Of a stretch of DNA of 64,000 nucleotides, positions 1 to 9,735 are shown piece after piece. Made by a program: the position numbers and the translations under genes. The notes under the pieces were generated by a model that did no database searches, was not told the origin of the DNA, and was given only the letters and a program-made list of their open reading frames with translations. Source of the stretch: Nitrospirota bacterium (GTDB lineage Bacteria; Nitrospirota; Thermodesulfovibrionia; Thermodesulfovibrionales; JdFR-85); NCBI GenBank assembly GCA_011051565.1, contig DRKX01000080.1:17637-81636 (forward strand), given 5' to 3'. Each line of letters starts with the position of its first letter. Position 1 is the first letter of the stretch.

Positions 1-1
1 C

Positions 2-1330
<1,329 letters not shown>

Positions 1331-1339
1331 GTGGATGAA

Positions 1340-2158
1340 TCAGGTCTCGGGTTTCAGCCCGAGGTCGACGGCCACGGTGTCGATGATGCCCTCGTCGATC
1401 CGCTCCCGCTTCATCAGGTATCCCTCAAGGAGGGCGTTGTCGCAGATCGTGTTGATGAGCCGCGGTATGCCCCTGGAGAAATAGTAAATCCTCGACAGCG
1501 CCTCATCGGTGAATATGTCGCCCGAGCCGGCGACGTTGAGCCTGTAACGTATGTAGTCGATGGTGCTATCCTCCGAGAGGGAGTGAAGCCTGATCCTCAT
1601 CGCGACCCGCTGTTTCAGCGGCTCATCCAGTGCCAGCACGTCCTCGAGTTCGGGGAGACCGAAGAAGACGAAGTTCGCCATCTTCCCGTCCGCCATCTCC
1701 ATGTTCAGCAGACCGCGGAACTCCTCCATTATCTCCCCCGAGTTCAGCATCTGCACCTCGTCGATCAAGACGACCGCCTTCCTTCCTGATTCGTTGATCT
1801 CGAGAAGACGGTTGTATATCTGCCCGAGCACCTCGACCTTGTCCTCCTTCACGCTCTCGACCCCGAACTGTATCGCAAATTTCTTTAGCAGCCAGTCCGA
1901 GCTGACTGCGGAGTGTATCACAACGAGCAGCGTCGCCTCGAAGTGCTCCTCGTCGAGCTCCTCGAGCAGCCTCCTTGCAAGCGTGGTCTTTCCGGTTCCA
2001 ATATCACCGATGACGACGGCGAGCCCCTTCTTGCTGTCCATCGCATACTTCAGCTTGGTGAGCGCCTCGGCATGCTGGTCGCTGTTGTAGTAGAACTTGT
2101 TGTCTACTACGTTGGAGAACGGATGTTCTTTGAGTTTATAGTATCTCAGGTAATCCAT
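1340..2158 (-). CDS. ExeA/GspA/MshM-like AAA ATPase
   Basis: 272 aa with Walker A GDIGTGKTT and Walker B VVLIDEVQ. The overall layout resembles ExeA-type secretion/pilus ATPases. It lies 110 nt downstream of the TPR gene on the same strand. Confidence 0.75.
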   Translation of the reverse strand: MDYLRYYKLKEHPFSNVVDNKFYYNSDQHAEALTKLKYAMDSKKGLAVVIGDIGTGKTTLARRLLEELDEEHFEATLLVVIHSAVSSDWLLKKFAIQFGVESVKEDKVEVLGQIYNRLLEINESGRKAVVLIDEVQMLNSGEIMEEFRGLLNMEMADGKMANFVFFGLPELEDVLALDEPLKQRVAMRIRLHSLSEDSTIDYIRYRLNVAGSGDIFTDEALSRIYYFSRGIPRLINTICDNALLEGYLMKRERIDEGIIDTVAVDLGLKPET

Positions 2159-2268
2159 GCAGTATTACATCTCTGTCGATCCGGATCGTCCATCGGAAAC
2201 CGTCCCACCCCGAACGTTCTACGTTTATGGTACCCTTAATCATCCCGCCGCGTAAAGCGCCCCGCGTG

Positions 2269-4734
2269 CTACAGATAGGAAATCCTGTCCTTCCTCGCCT
2301 TGAATGTCTCACCGGCCACCGCAGCACCGGAGGGCTTGTCGGCACCCAGCCTCGCCTTCAATGCCGTCACCTTGTCGCCGACATCCCTGAACTTCGAATC
2401 CCAGCCGAATATCTCGACATAGATGTCGAGGGCGCGCTCGGCATCACCGTTCTTCTCGAAGGCCTCTGCGAGCTCGAACTTCGTGCTCCAGTAGGCCTCA
2501 TCCCGCTCTCCTATGTTGTCTATCGCCTCCTGCAGGGCGTCGATGGCAAGGGGGTAGAGCCCCTTCTCCATGAAGCAGAGCCCGAGCATGCTCGCAGCCT
2601 GCACCCTCCTCTTCGGATCCTTCCTCGCGGTCTGGAACTCCTTTATCGCGTCGTCTATGAGTCCCATCTCCTTGTAGGCTATACCGAGGTTGTAGTGTGT
2701 CTCGGAGTCTTCCTCATCGAGCTCCTCCGATACGCCCCGCTTGAACTCCTCGAATATCTCGAGCACCTCGCTGTCAAGGGTCGGCTCAGGCACGCCCTCC
2801 TCCTCGGGTTCTTCAGTGATGACCTCACCGAAGGGACCGGACTCTGCAGAAATATCGGCACCGGCCAATCCGCTGTCGATATCTGCAGCAGGCTCCGCTG
2901 AATCCATCGAGGCCGGTGGACCCGACTCCGAAGCCTTCGCCTCTATCTCTGCCACCTTGGCCAGTATCTCCTCGTTGCCGGGAAATACGTCGAGAACCCG
3001 TTTGTATATGGAGAGGGCCTCATCATAGAGGCCCTGCCGTTCGTAAAACTCCGCCTCGGATAGTTCGTCCTTGAAGTCATCGGCAGAGGAGGCACGCCGC
3101 GCTGCACCATCAGAGACGTGTGCATCCGGAGTCTCGACCTCGGCTCCGCCCGCCTCCGCCTCCTCGAACCCTATAGTCGCACTGCCGGCAAACTCCGTAT
3201 CAGGAGACGGTGATGCACCGGTCTCCTCTGTGGCCCCGGAGAGTTCGAGCAGCCTCGGGTCCTCGGGGTCTATCTCGAAGGCCTCCTTCAGGGCCTGTTC
3301 CCTCTGTTCTACACGGCCTTCCCTTTCGTGGATCCTGGCAAGTATGAGGCACTCGGTGACCGCCCTTTCCTTGTCGTTCATCTCGAGGTAGAGGTCCTTG
3401 AGCCTCTTGTGGACCTCCAGGTTCTCGGGTTCTTCGACCTTGAGTTTCTCCAGGACGTCCACGGCCTCGTCCAAGAGCCCGTACCTCAAGAATATGTCCA
3501 CATCGACGAGTTTCTCATCGGTTGCCTTCTCCTCGGTCTGTGACGGAAAGGCTATTCCCAACTTCTCTTCGAGTTCCGCCACCTTCGATATCACGGCCTC
3601 AGAGTCGGGCCTGATCTTCTTGGCCTCAATGTAGGAGGTGAAGGCATCCTCCAACGCCCCCTGCGCCGACTGTATCTCGCCGAGCCTAACGAGTTCATCG
3701 AAGAGTTCTTCCTCGCGGCCGAGCCGCTGGTATATCTCGACGAGCTTCTCAGAGCACTCGAGCGGAGCGGTATCCCTGAACTTCTCTATGAACTCGACCG
3801 CCTCCTCATACTGGCCCTTCCCGAGATAGTAGTCGACCACGGTCTTGTAGCTGTCCCATGCAAGCTCGTTCTGGCCCTCTTGGAGATAGACCTCTCCAAG
3901 GAGCCTGCTCGCCTCGACGGCGATCTCGTCCCCAGAGCCCGCCGGATATGCAGAGAGTATCCTGAGCAGTATATCCCTCGCGGTGGAGAGGTCACCCTCC
4001 TTCAAGAGCAACTCCGCATAGAGCAGCTGGAGGTCTATGTTGTCGGGATGGATCTCCGTCCCCTTTGCAAGCAGCTCCCTCGCCTCATCGATGAGGTCAC
4101 GCGATATGTAGAATCCGGCAAGGAGCTTGTAGACGGGTTCCTGTTCGGGGTACAGTTCGTACGACCTCTCGTAACACTCCCTCGCCTTGTCGAAGTCTCC
4201 CTTCTTCTCGGATATCCTCCCTATCTCCAGATACTCCCTGGCGGCCTCCTCGACATAACCCTCTTTCTGTAGATACTCAGCCAGCTTGATCCTCAAGGAG
4301 AGGTTGGTGGGAGCGAGGTTGATTATCCTTTCACATATGGGAATGAGTTCATCCCTGTCTCCATGCTTGATATAGGCATCGATAGAGGCGAGATAGTACT
4401 TGATGGCATCCGTTATCAGGCCCTTCTCCTCGTTAAGCTTGCCTATGAACAAGAGCGCCTTGGGATCGGCGGAGTCGATATTGAGTATCTTCTTGTAGAG
4501 TGCGAGGGCCTTGGTTATGAAACCTTCATCCCTGAAGTATTCGGCTGCCTTGTGAAAGTAGTCGACGGCTAATGCCCGGTTTCCGTTTTTGAGGCAGAGG
4601 TCCCCTATGGTATTGTATATGTTGCCGTCGGGATGGCGTGTGACATACTCCTGCCACGCATAGATAGCCTTGTCTATCTGGCCTTTCGAGAGGAACCTCT
4701 GTGCTTCTCTGAATACTGCAGCCTTATCTGCCAT
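2269..4734 (-). CDS. Large TPR-repeat protein with central acidic linker (MshN-like architecture)
   Basis: 821 aa with many 34-residue TPR-like units at both ends (e.g. AIYAWQEYV, ALALYKKIL, AIKEFQTA). The middle of the protein is an Asp/Glu/Ser/Pro-rich low-complexity segment. Confidence 0.8.
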   Translation of the reverse strand: MADKAAVFREAQRFLSKGQIDKAIYAWQEYVTRHPDGNIYNTIGDLCLKNGNRALAVDYFHKAAEYFRDEGFITKALALYKKILNIDSADPKALLFIGKLNEEKGLITDAIKYYLASIDAYIKHGDRDELIPICERIINLAPTNLSLRIKLAEYLQKEGYVEEAAREYLEIGRISEKKGDFDKARECYERSYELYPEQEPVYKLLAGFYISRDLIDEARELLAKGTEIHPDNIDLQLLYAELLLKEGDLSTARDILLRILSAYPAGSGDEIAVEASRLLGEVYLQEGQNELAWDSYKTVVDYYLGKGQYEEAVEFIEKFRDTAPLECSEKLVEIYQRLGREEELFDELVRLGEIQSAQGALEDAFTSYIEAKKIRPDSEAVISKVAELEEKLGIAFPSQTEEKATDEKLVDVDIFLRYGLLDEAVDVLEKLKVEEPENLEVHKRLKDLYLEMNDKERAVTECLILARIHEREGRVEQREQALKEAFEIDPEDPRLLELSGATEETGASPSPDTEFAGSATIGFEEAEAGGAEVETPDAHVSDGAARRASSADDFKDELSEAEFYERQGLYDEALSIYKRVLDVFPGNEEILAKVAEIEAKASESGPPASMDSAEPAADIDSGLAGADISAESGPFGEVITEEPEEEGVPEPTLDSEVLEIFEEFKRGVSEELDEEDSETHYNLGIAYKEMGLIDDAIKEFQTARKDPKRRVQAASMLGLCFMEKGLYPLAIDALQEAIDNIGERDEAYWSTKFELAEAFEKNGDAERALDIYVEIFGWDSKFRDVGDKVTALKARLGADKPSGAAVAGETFKARKDRISYL

Positions 4735-5008
4735 TATATTCTTACCGTAACCATAGTGTACCGTAGAGTCAGCACCTAAACATAGGGTATCAATAATTAT
4801 CCTTATATGTCAATAACTTTGAATGTGGAGGCCGTAAGACCTTAAAAAAACGGCCAAAAATACTGATCGATCCCCCCGTCCAGGCCGCTGCCGGCTCATG
4901 TGCATTATTTTCAGGCCATGGTGTAAAATAAACTCCAGCACACCGACGGCAGAGCGGCATGGGCGCCTGCAGCGAACAGGCCGGCTCTCCAGGGATCAGG
5001 AGGCTGCG

Positions 5009-6184
5009 GTGAGGACCGCCTATTTCGACTGTTTCTCGGGCATCAGCGGAGACATGTGCCTCGGAGCACTGGTCGATGCAGGCGCCTCCATGGATGAACT
5101 CAGGGACGGCCTCAGTTCTCTCGAACTCGCCTCCTACAGGCTCAGCAGCAGCAGGGTGAAGCGCGGAGGCGTCTCCGCCACCAAGGTCGACGTCGTCGTG
5201 ACCGGTGACGAACCGGAGCGCAGGCTCGCCGACGTATCCGGCATCATAGAAAACTCGGCCCTGCCAGAAGACGTCAAGGAACAGAGCCTCAGGATATTCA
5301 GGAGGCTCTTCGAGGCGGAGAGCAAGGTCCACGGGGGAAGGATCGAGGAGATCCATCTCCATGAGCTCTCCGCGACCGACTGTATTGTGGATATTGTAGG
5401 CACGCTGCTGTGTCTCGACCTCCTCGGTATAGAAGAGGTTATATCGTCTCCCCTGAACCTCGGAGCCGGAACCGTACAGACCGCGCACGGCCTGATGCCT
5501 GTTCCGGCCCCTGCAACAGCACATCTCCTCATGGGCATCCCCGTATTCTCCTCGGGGATAAAGCTGGAACTGACCACTCCGACGGGTGCGGCCATAATCG
5601 CTGAAACGGCCGACTCCTTCGGTCACTGTCCAGGGATGACCATCGAGGAGATCGGTGCCGGTGCCGGGAGCCACGACCTGACGGTTCAGCCCAACGTACT
5701 GAGGGTGTTCATCGGGAAGAGGACGGAGAGTGCGCGTGACGTCGGGAGAACGGTCGAGAGGATAGCGGTCATCGAGACCAATATCGACGACTTGAATCCA
5801 CAGGTCTACGAATACCTGATGGAGAGGCTCTTCAAGGAAGGCGCACTGGACGTATTCCTGAGCACGGTGATGATGAAGAAGAGCAGGCCGGGTGTCCTGC
5901 TCCACGTGCTCGCGCACCCTGCCTCGAGGGAGAGGCTCATGGATATCATCTTCGAAGAGACGACGACTCTCGGGATACGTTTCCATGAAACTGAGAGGGT
6001 GTGCCTCGATCGCGAGCTTAAAGAGGTGGATACGGAGTTCGGCCCGGTACGTTACAAGGTCGTCACAGCCGAGGAGTGCGGGAAGGCGGCCCCAGAATAC
6101 GAGGATTGCCGCAGGATCGCCGAGAAGACCGGACTCCCACTGATAGAGGTGCTCAAGAAACTGGGCCGAGGCCTGCAGGGTTGA
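5009..6184 (+). CDS. larC: LarC-type nickel insertion protein (DUF111 / nickel-pincer cofactor biosynthesis)
   Basis: The N-terminal signature YFDCFSGISGDMCLGALVDAG is typical of LarC. I moved the start to GTG 5009, which is preceded by GGAGG. The tracked ORF from 4898 adds an implausible Cys/Arg-rich extension. Confidence 0.8.
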   Translation: MRTAYFDCFSGISGDMCLGALVDAGASMDELRDGLSSLELASYRLSSSRVKRGGVSATKVDVVVTGDEPERRLADVSGIIENSALPEDVKEQSLRIFRRLFEAESKVHGGRIEEIHLHELSATDCIVDIVGTLLCLDLLGIEEVISSPLNLGAGTVQTAHGLMPVPAPATAHLLMGIPVFSSGIKLELTTPTGAAIIAETADSFGHCPGMTIEEIGAGAGSHDLTVQPNVLRVFIGKRTESARDVGRTVERIAVIETNIDDLNPQVYEYLMERLFKEGALDVFLSTVMMKKSRPGVLLHVLAHPASRERLMDIIFEETTTLGIRFHETERVCLDRELKEVDTEFGPVRYKVVTAEECGKAAPEYEDCRRIAEKTGLPLIEVLKKLGRGLQG

Positions 6185-6271
6185 GATCGGTCACGGCGCA
6201 GGCCCCTCCGCTGATGCATTGCCGAGGCGGAATATGGCATAATACAGAAAAACTCTTCAAGGAGGTTTTTC

Positions 6272-6604
6272 ATGATTTCCGCTGAACATTACAAGATAAA
6301 GAAGGCTCCGACATGTCCTTACTGCAACCAGAAGATGACCAAGACCATACCGCCGCCCTACAGCATCGGAGAGGGGTTCGGATGGGGGGTGAGTTACCTC
6401 TGGATATGCTTCAACGACGACTGCTCGCTGTTCGTCAAGGGCTGGGAGCACATGATGGAGAATTACGGCAAGGTGGCCTCATACCGATTCATGTGCCTCC
6501 CTGACAACGGCATGACCGAGACCATAGCCGTCTTCTCGCGCGACGGCCTCAGGGGCGGCATCGTTGAAGAAGAAGAGGAAGACGGAGGGGAGGAGCAGGA
6601 ATAG
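6272..6604 (+). CDS. Hypothetical small zinc-ribbon-like protein with poly-Glu tail
   Basis: 110 aa with a strong SD (AAGGAGG) 6 nt before the ATG. It has CPYC...CFNDDC cysteine pairs and an EEEEEDGGEEQE C-terminus. Its stop codon abuts the hisH start. Confidence 0.6.
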   Translation: MISAEHYKIKKAPTCPYCNQKMTKTIPPPYSIGEGFGWGVSYLWICFNDDCSLFVKGWEHMMENYGKVASYRFMCLPDNGMTETIAVFSRDGLRGGIVEEEEEDGGEEQE

Positions 6605-7219
6605 TTGATCGTAATAGTCGACTACGGTATGGGAAACCTCCGGAGTGTGGAAAAGGGTTTCCTGAAGGTCGGAGTGGATGTGAAGGTGACATCCAGCCCC
6701 CGCGACGTCGAAGACGCCTCTGCAGTGGTGCTTCCAGGGGTCGGGGCCTTTCGTGACTGCATGAGGAACCTCGACGACCTCGGCCTGCTCAACGCGGTGC
6801 TGCGGTCGATAGAGAAGGGAAAACCGTATCTCGGCATCTGCCTCGGCCTGCAGATACTCTTCAGTGAGTCCACTGAGTTCGGCCACTGCAGGGGGCTCGA
6901 CGTGATCGAGGGAAAAGTCGTGAGGTTTCCCGCTATGGGGCTGAAGATACCCCACATGGGCTGGAACACCGTCAGGCTGAGAAAGGCTCCGCCCGTATTC
7001 AACGGCATAGAGGACGAGAGCTACTTCTACTTCGTCCACTCCTATTACGTGGTTCCCGACAGCGACGAGCCGGTCTCGGGCACCACCACCTACGGGATAG
7101 AGTTCACCTCCATGGTCTGGAAGGACAACATCATAGCCACCCAATTCCACCCCGAGAAGAGCCAGCGGCTCGGGCTCAGGGTTCTGAAGGGGTTCGGCGA
7201 ATTCGCAAAGAGGTCATGA
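6605..7219 (+). CDS. hisH: Imidazole glycerol phosphate synthase, glutamine amidotransferase subunit HisH
   Basis: N-terminus IVIVDYGMGNLRSV, catalytic Cys in GICLGLQ, and C-terminal HSY...QFHPEKS. A TTG start directly follows the upstream stop. Confidence 0.9.
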   Translation: MIVIVDYGMGNLRSVEKGFLKVGVDVKVTSSPRDVEDASAVVLPGVGAFRDCMRNLDDLGLLNAVLRSIEKGKPYLGICLGLQILFSESTEFGHCRGLDVIEGKVVRFPAMGLKIPHMGWNTVRLRKAPPVFNGIEDESYFYFVHSYYVVPDSDEPVSGTTTYGIEFTSMVWKDNIIATQFHPEKSQRLGLRVLKGFGEFAKRS

Positions 7220-7292
7220 GCCGGGATCGCTACAGAAACCGCATCCCGTCTACATCAACGGCCTGAGCAGGGCCTGTAACCCGCCGGCACTC

Positions 7293-7745
7293 CTAAACAT
7301 CCGACAGCAGCTCCTTCACCGTCTTCTTCAACACAGGATGCAACACGTCCGGGGCTATCTCCGAAAGGGGTTTGAGGACAAACCCCCTCTCGTGCATGTG
7401 CGGATGGGGTATGGCGAGGCCTGGCTCATCCACTACCGTGTCGCCGTACAGCAGGATATCGATGTCGACGACCCGCGGGCCCCACCTGCGGGTCTCCCTC
7501 CTGCCGAGGTCTCTCTCTATCTCCTTGATCACCCTCAGGACCTCCAGGGGTGGCAGTTCCGTCCGGGTCTCGACGGCCATGTTTATGAACCGAGGCTGCT
7601 CCCTGACGCCCCACGGTTCGGTCTCATACTGAGAGGAGCTCCTTGTAACGGTCAGCCCCCTACTGTTCAGCTCTTCAACGGCCCTGCGGCAGTTGCCCCT
7701 GCGGTCTCCGAGGTTCGATCCGATGCCCAAGTAGACTGTATTCAT
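7293..7745 (-). CDS. folK: 2-amino-4-hydroxy-6-hydroxymethyldihydropteridine pyrophosphokinase (HPPK)
   Basis: The pattern MNTVYLGIGSNLGDR...ETEPWG...RWGPRVVDIDILLY...HPHMHERGFVL is characteristic of FolK. Start trimmed to ATG 7745; the longer tracked ORF overlaps the aminotransferase gene. Confidence 0.85.
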   Translation of the reverse strand: MNTVYLGIGSNLGDRRGNCRRAVEELNSRGLTVTRSSSQYETEPWGVREQPRFINMAVETRTELPPLEVLRVIKEIERDLGRRETRRWGPRVVDIDILLYGDTVVDEPGLAIPHPHMHERGFVLKPLSEIAPDVLHPVLKKTVKELLSDV

Positions 7746-7792
7746 GCCATGGCGCGGAGGAACGCTTTGCCGCCGCAGGAAGGATGCCGCCG

Positions 7793-8962
7793 CTACAGCA
7801 CCCCCCGTATGCGCTCGACCGCCTCTTTCGTCCTCTCGACCGAGACAGTGAGGGCGAACCTTATATACCCCTCGCCCGGCTCGCCGAAGCCGTTTCCCGG
7901 CGTGCCGAGCACACCGGCCCTGTCGAGCAGGTGCACTGCGAAGTCCTCCGATGTAAAGCCATCCGGCACCTTGGCCCATAGATAGAAGGTGGCATCGGGC
8001 TTGGTTACTCCCACTCCCATCTCCGATAGCCCCTCGAAGAGCGCATCGCGTCTCGCCTGATAGGTAGCCCTTATGGATGACAGCAGGTCGTCTCCGGTAT
8101 CGAGCGCCACTATGGACGCCTCCTGTATGGCCTGGAAGACGCCGGAGTCGAGATTGGTCTTGATCTTGCCGAGCCCTGCGATCACCTCACTGTTGCCCAC
8201 GGCAAACCCCACTCTCCAGCCCGTCATGTTGTAGGTCTTGGAGAGGGAGTGGAACTCCACGCCCACATCCCTCGCACCATCCACCTCCAGGAAGCTGATG
8301 GGCCTCCTGCCGTCGTAGTATATCTCGGAATAGGCGGCATCGTGACAGACGATGATGCCGTACCTGTCGGCCAGATCGATCGCCCTGCGGAAGAAGTCAT
8401 CGTCGGCGGCAGCACTGGTCGGGTTGTTGGGGTAGTTGAGGAACATGATCTTCGCCCTCTTAAGGACCTCCTCGGGTATGGCTGAAAAGTCGGGAAGGAA
8501 TCCGTTCTCTTCGGTCAGGGGCATGAAATAAGGCTCGCCGCCTGCAAAGAGTGCGGCGATCGAGTAGACCGGATACCCGGGAGAGGGGCAGAGCACGACG
8601 TCCCCGGGATTCACGAAGGCGAGCGGTATATGCCCTATGCCCTCCTTCGAACCGATGAGGGAGAGGACCTCTGCAGCAGGGTCGAGGGAGACATTGAACC
8701 TCCTCCTGTACCATCGCGACACAGCCTCCCTGTAAGAGATCATCCCTTCATAAGATGGATACTTGTGATGCTCGGGTTTTTCGACAGCGGACTTCATCGC
8801 CTCGACTATGTGTCGAGGGGTCGGCATGTCGGGATCGCCTATGCTCATATCTATGAGGTCCACCCCTCGCTTCTTCGCCTCCGCCTTCATGGCGTCTATC
8901 CTGGCAAAGAGATACGGCGGAAGATTCTTTATCCTGTCGGCAAGTTCGATCCTTATGGACAT
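7793..8962 (-). CDS. Class I PLP-dependent aminotransferase (LL-diaminopimelate/aspartate aminotransferase-like)
   Basis: 389 aa with N-terminal NLPPYLFARID, IGDPD and the PLP-lysine motif SLSKTYNMTGWR. A GGAGG SD sits 4 nt before the ATG. Confidence 0.85.
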   Translation of the reverse strand: MSIRIELADRIKNLPPYLFARIDAMKAEAKKRGVDLIDMSIGDPDMPTPRHIVEAMKSAVEKPEHHKYPSYEGMISYREAVSRWYRRRFNVSLDPAAEVLSLIGSKEGIGHIPLAFVNPGDVVLCPSPGYPVYSIAALFAGGEPYFMPLTEENGFLPDFSAIPEEVLKRAKIMFLNYPNNPTSAAADDDFFRRAIDLADRYGIIVCHDAAYSEIYYDGRRPISFLEVDGARDVGVEFHSLSKTYNMTGWRVGFAVGNSEVIAGLGKIKTNLDSGVFQAIQEASIVALDTGDDLLSSIRATYQARRDALFEGLSEMGVGVTKPDATFYLWAKVPDGFTSEDFAVHLLDRAGVLGTPGNGFGEPGEGYIRFALTVSVERTKEAVERIRGVL

Positions 8963-9116
8963 TGCACCTCCTCGTTCTGGGTTGTTGTTTCGGGAATCAG
9001 CACGGATAATCCCGGGACAGCCTTCAAAGAGTGATTATTATAGCAGAACAGGACGGCGACAGTGAAATCACGCGACCTGGACCATCAACAAGCTCCGTTG
9101 AACGGTGATGGCGGGA

Positions 9117-9156
9117 TCAAAAAAGCCCGCAATGGGGATATCGCCCTGGCGGGGGA
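9117..9156 (-). terminator. Putative intrinsic terminator closing the cyclase/FecR/peptide/two-CW cluster
   Basis: On the minus strand, an interrupted GC stem (CCCGC...GCGGG with inner GGG/CCC) is followed by CTTTTTTG. It lies about 90 nt downstream of the two-CW gene stop. Confidence 0.45.
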
Positions 9157-9244
9157 AAAAACGGACAGAATCGGGATTGCTGCTTTGAGAGACTCACGCG
9201 CTGCCGTCTAAACTCAGGGGCCTGATCAATCCGCCCGCGGAGAT

Positions 9245-9577
9245 CTAACAGACGGCGTCGGCCTGGGATATCTCGGTCAGGTATCTACCTATCGTGTTAC
9301 ACAGATCCAGCACACTTTCTTCTGATTTGACGTGGAGGTGGAACTCGCATCTCATGCACGAAGACATACATCCCCTGCCGATCTTCTCCAGCACCATCCG
9401 GCAGCCGCTGTCCTCAATGAGCCAGCAGACCCTCCCGCCGTTCACACCGTCGTTCAAGCCGTCGGCGGAGACCATGGTGGCTGCCGGACAGACTCCGAAT
9501 TCTTCGGCGCGTGCTCCGCCCGGCTCCCTGCCGCATCCCATGAACTCCCAGCAGTTTAATTTAGGGTATCCGTTCAT
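9245..9577 (-). CDS. Stand-alone two-CW domain protein, Cys-rich (10 Cys in 110 aa)
   Basis: It contains two Cys-Trp motifs (LNCWEFMGCG and RVCWLIEDSGC) plus CMSSCMRC (CX3CX2C). The pattern matches my recollection of the 'two-CW domain' family. No obvious SD. Confidence 0.65.
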   Translation of the reverse strand: MNGYPKLNCWEFMGCGREPGGARAEEFGVCPAATMVSADGLNDGVNGGRVCWLIEDSGCRMVLEKIGRGCMSSCMRCEFHLHVKSEESVLDLCNTIGRYLTEISQADAVC

Positions 9578-9667
9578 GAAATAAATTTAACAATATCTCC
9601 GTTGCGAGTAAAGGTAAAATTCACACGGGCGGGATACCCTCGGAGGCTGCTACAGGGCAGGTGGCTT

Positions 9668-9697
9668 GCAGGTGGGAAGGGCAGCCTTCCCACCTGC
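9668..9697 (-). promoter_or_regulatory. Perfect 13-bp stem-loop between the peptide gene and the two-CW gene
   Basis: The sequence is GCAGGTGGGAAGG-gcag-CCTTCCCACCTGC with no U-tract. It may be a processing, stability or attenuation hairpin. Confidence 0.5.
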
Positions 9698-9735
9698 ATC
9701 AACAAACAGAGGGGTCACAGGATCATGCCCGTCGG

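Noticed and set aside
4735-5008. Possible Fur-like or Ni-responsive element or riboswitch in the AT-rich TPR/larC divergent region (e.g. TCAATAATTATCC)
   Set aside because: It only partially resembles the Fur hexamer repeats and requires an indel. I could not recognise a NikR box or a NiCo riboswitch fold by eye.
4790-5986. 398-aa minus-strand ORF
   Set aside because: It lies antisense to larC and has no recognisable motifs.
7746-7979. N-terminal extensions of tracked ORFs (folK to 7979, mnmA to 17992, NYN gene to 31527, TatD-rSAM to 41837, PE gene to 45536, helicase to 57267, MFP to 25084, larC from 4898, rsmA from 43820, usp from 17884)
   Set aside because: In each case an internal start with an SD and a family-typical N-terminus exists. 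The extension either overlaps a neighbouring gene or is compositionally aberrant.
9245-9577. CX3CX2C in the two-CW protein read as a radical SAM enzyme that would modify the adjacent peptide
   Set aside because: At 110 aa the protein is far too small for a radical SAM TIM-barrel core, and no SAM-binding GGE-type motif is visible. It is kept only as a possible metal/Fe-S binding feature.
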